DNA of 64,000 nt from assembly GCA_022813965.1 (NCBI GenBank), contig JALDZS010000001.1, forward strand, positions 62,001 to 126,000, given 5' to 3'. The stretch is from Toensbergia leucococca (taxonomy: Eukaryota). The notes below the pieces were generated by a model. The model had not been told where the DNA came from and did not search any database. It worked only from the letters and a program-made list of their open reading frames with translations. Positions 62,412-64,000 of this stretch are shown piece after piece. How positions within the stretch are numbered: position 1 is the stretch's first letter; the number at the start of each line of letters is the position of its first letter. The position numbers were made by a program, and so were the translations under genes.

Positions 62412-64000
62412 ATGGCTAATCTACGTCCTGGTAGTCATCTCCGCCTGAATTTTCCATCTTCCACCATGCCTCGCTCAGCTTCGTCCTATCAACAATCCTT
62501 TACGACCCCCGAAGAAGACGATGAGGACTATGTACCCTCGCCGCGGACCAGTGTTTTGACGCCTGCTTCTCCTCTGAACCTCCGTCGACTCCATTCTGCA
62601 TTAGCTTCTGATATTGACCTTCGGAGCCGGCTCCCCTCGCGCTTGTTCATGGATGAGCATTCCAGCCTCCTGGCTCATCCAGATGGTTCCTCGAAGAACT
62701 ACATGAGCGAGCCCAATACTGGCAGGCCGCGCTTTTCCAGACGCCAGAGTACAACAGGAAGCTTCCGTTTGCCCAAGAACCACAGTCGGACCAGCTCGTG
62801 GGGCTATCGACTGGCAAGTGCGCTAGGTTCGGAGCGGAGACGAAACGAAAGTATTCTGGCCGAGTCCAAGGCGTCTATCTTCACGGACGAGCGGGTATGG
62901 TACGATCAATTTACATCTACCGACTGGGTCCATGACAGTATCGCCGACGCCTTCCGGGTGCGTGACCTGAGGTCACGTAAAGACCTTCGAGGCCGCATTT
63001 ATGCGTGGCTGGACGGCGTACAGGGCTGGATTCTTGTGGCTATTATTGGATTCATAACAGCATTTATAGCGTACTTCGCTGATGTCACCGAGACATCAAT
63101 CTTTGATATCAAGCAAGGATACTGTGAAGGAAACTGGTACTTTAGCAAACGAAAATGTTGTTTTGGGGAGAAGAGGTGCTCCTCATGGAGATCGTGGGGA
63201 GAAGTAATGAGCTTTACTGGGATGGAGAAAGAGCTACTCGACCTTTTTGCCTACGTTCTCTTTGTTGTGCTTTTCTCTGTCTGCGCCTGCTGCCTTACCT
63301 TGACAACTAAGACCGAGATACCTTCGACTTTCTCCCTGTCGACACTGGATGAGAATCTTGGCGCGGACCGCCACAAAGGGGTCGGAGAGAATGGAAACAA
63401 GGGTGCTGTCAGTCTTGCCCAGAACGAGCCCAAACCGTCCACTATGATATATTACCCAGCAGCGGGAAGCGGTGTTGCGGAAGTAAAGGTCATTCTTAGT
63501 GGATTTGTCATTCACGGTTACCTTGGGGTGAAAACACTTGTTATAAAGACTCTAGCACTCATTCTGAGTGTGGCATCCGGTCTTAGCCTTGGAAAAGAAG
63601 GGCCGTATGTGCATATTGCCACTTGCGTTGGTAATATAGCATGTAGGTTTTTCCCGAAGTACAACCTCAATGATGGGAAGCGGCGAGAGATACTCAGCGC
63701 GAGTGCTGCGAGTGGCGTTGGTGTTGCCTTTGGCGCTCCTATTGGTGGAGTGCTGTTCAGTTTGGAAGAGGTCAGGTAAGTTGTCCCACCCTACTTTCAA
63801 GGAGAATCTCCGTCTGATTTTAGCTACAAGCTATTACTTCCCGCCGAAGACATTGTTCCGGACATTCTTTTGTTGCATAGTGAGTGTCAAGGGATCACCC
63901 GCAGAAAAGCCCTAACATGGTGACAGGCAGCGACTCTCACCCTCAAATTCCTTAATCCTTACGGCACGGGCAAAATTGTGATCTTCGAGGTTCGCTACCT
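62412..64000 (+). CDS. CLC voltage-gated chloride channel / Cl-/H+ antiporter (truncated at window end)
   Basis: YDQFTSTDW, AAGSGVAEVK, LGKEGPYVH, AFGAPIGGVLFSLEE CLC signatures. Confidence 0.92.

Overview
This is eukaryotic nuclear DNA from a filamentous ascomycete (Pezizomycotina), judged from short GT-AG introns with CTRAC/CTAAT branch points and fungal-type proteins. The ORF track therefore shows exon fragments, and I rebuilt the gene models by eye. Conserved genes in the window are ALG8, ITC1, SGF73, cytosolic AsnRS, a GT69 mannosyltransferase, IWR1, a CBM48 protein, a Pol mu-like X-family polymerase, DNA ligase I, PUS1, tRNA-Trp(CCA), TFIIE-alpha, an IAH1 esterase and a CLC channel cut by the window edge. 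Two accessory-looking tracts interrupt them. The first (about 34.5-43 kb) holds a SurE phosphatase, hairpin/inverted-repeat elements and a PNP-NB-ARC-TPR NLR gene with two in-frame stops. The second (about 46-57.5 kb, next to the tRNA) holds PAQR/HlyIII, a PTH11/SAT4-like membrane protein, a TLC-domain pseudogene, a degenerate ORF, an MFS pump with an early stop and a secondary-metabolism-type citrate synthase lacking an ATG; it looks like a decaying alkylcitrate/sphingolipid-related module. Other notable signals are a candidate spliced 13-aa micro-ORF gene (about 16.6 kb), tandem in-frame splice donors that both rebuild the ligase PIP box, and a TA-flanked MITE. All product calls come from motif recognition; no database search was run.
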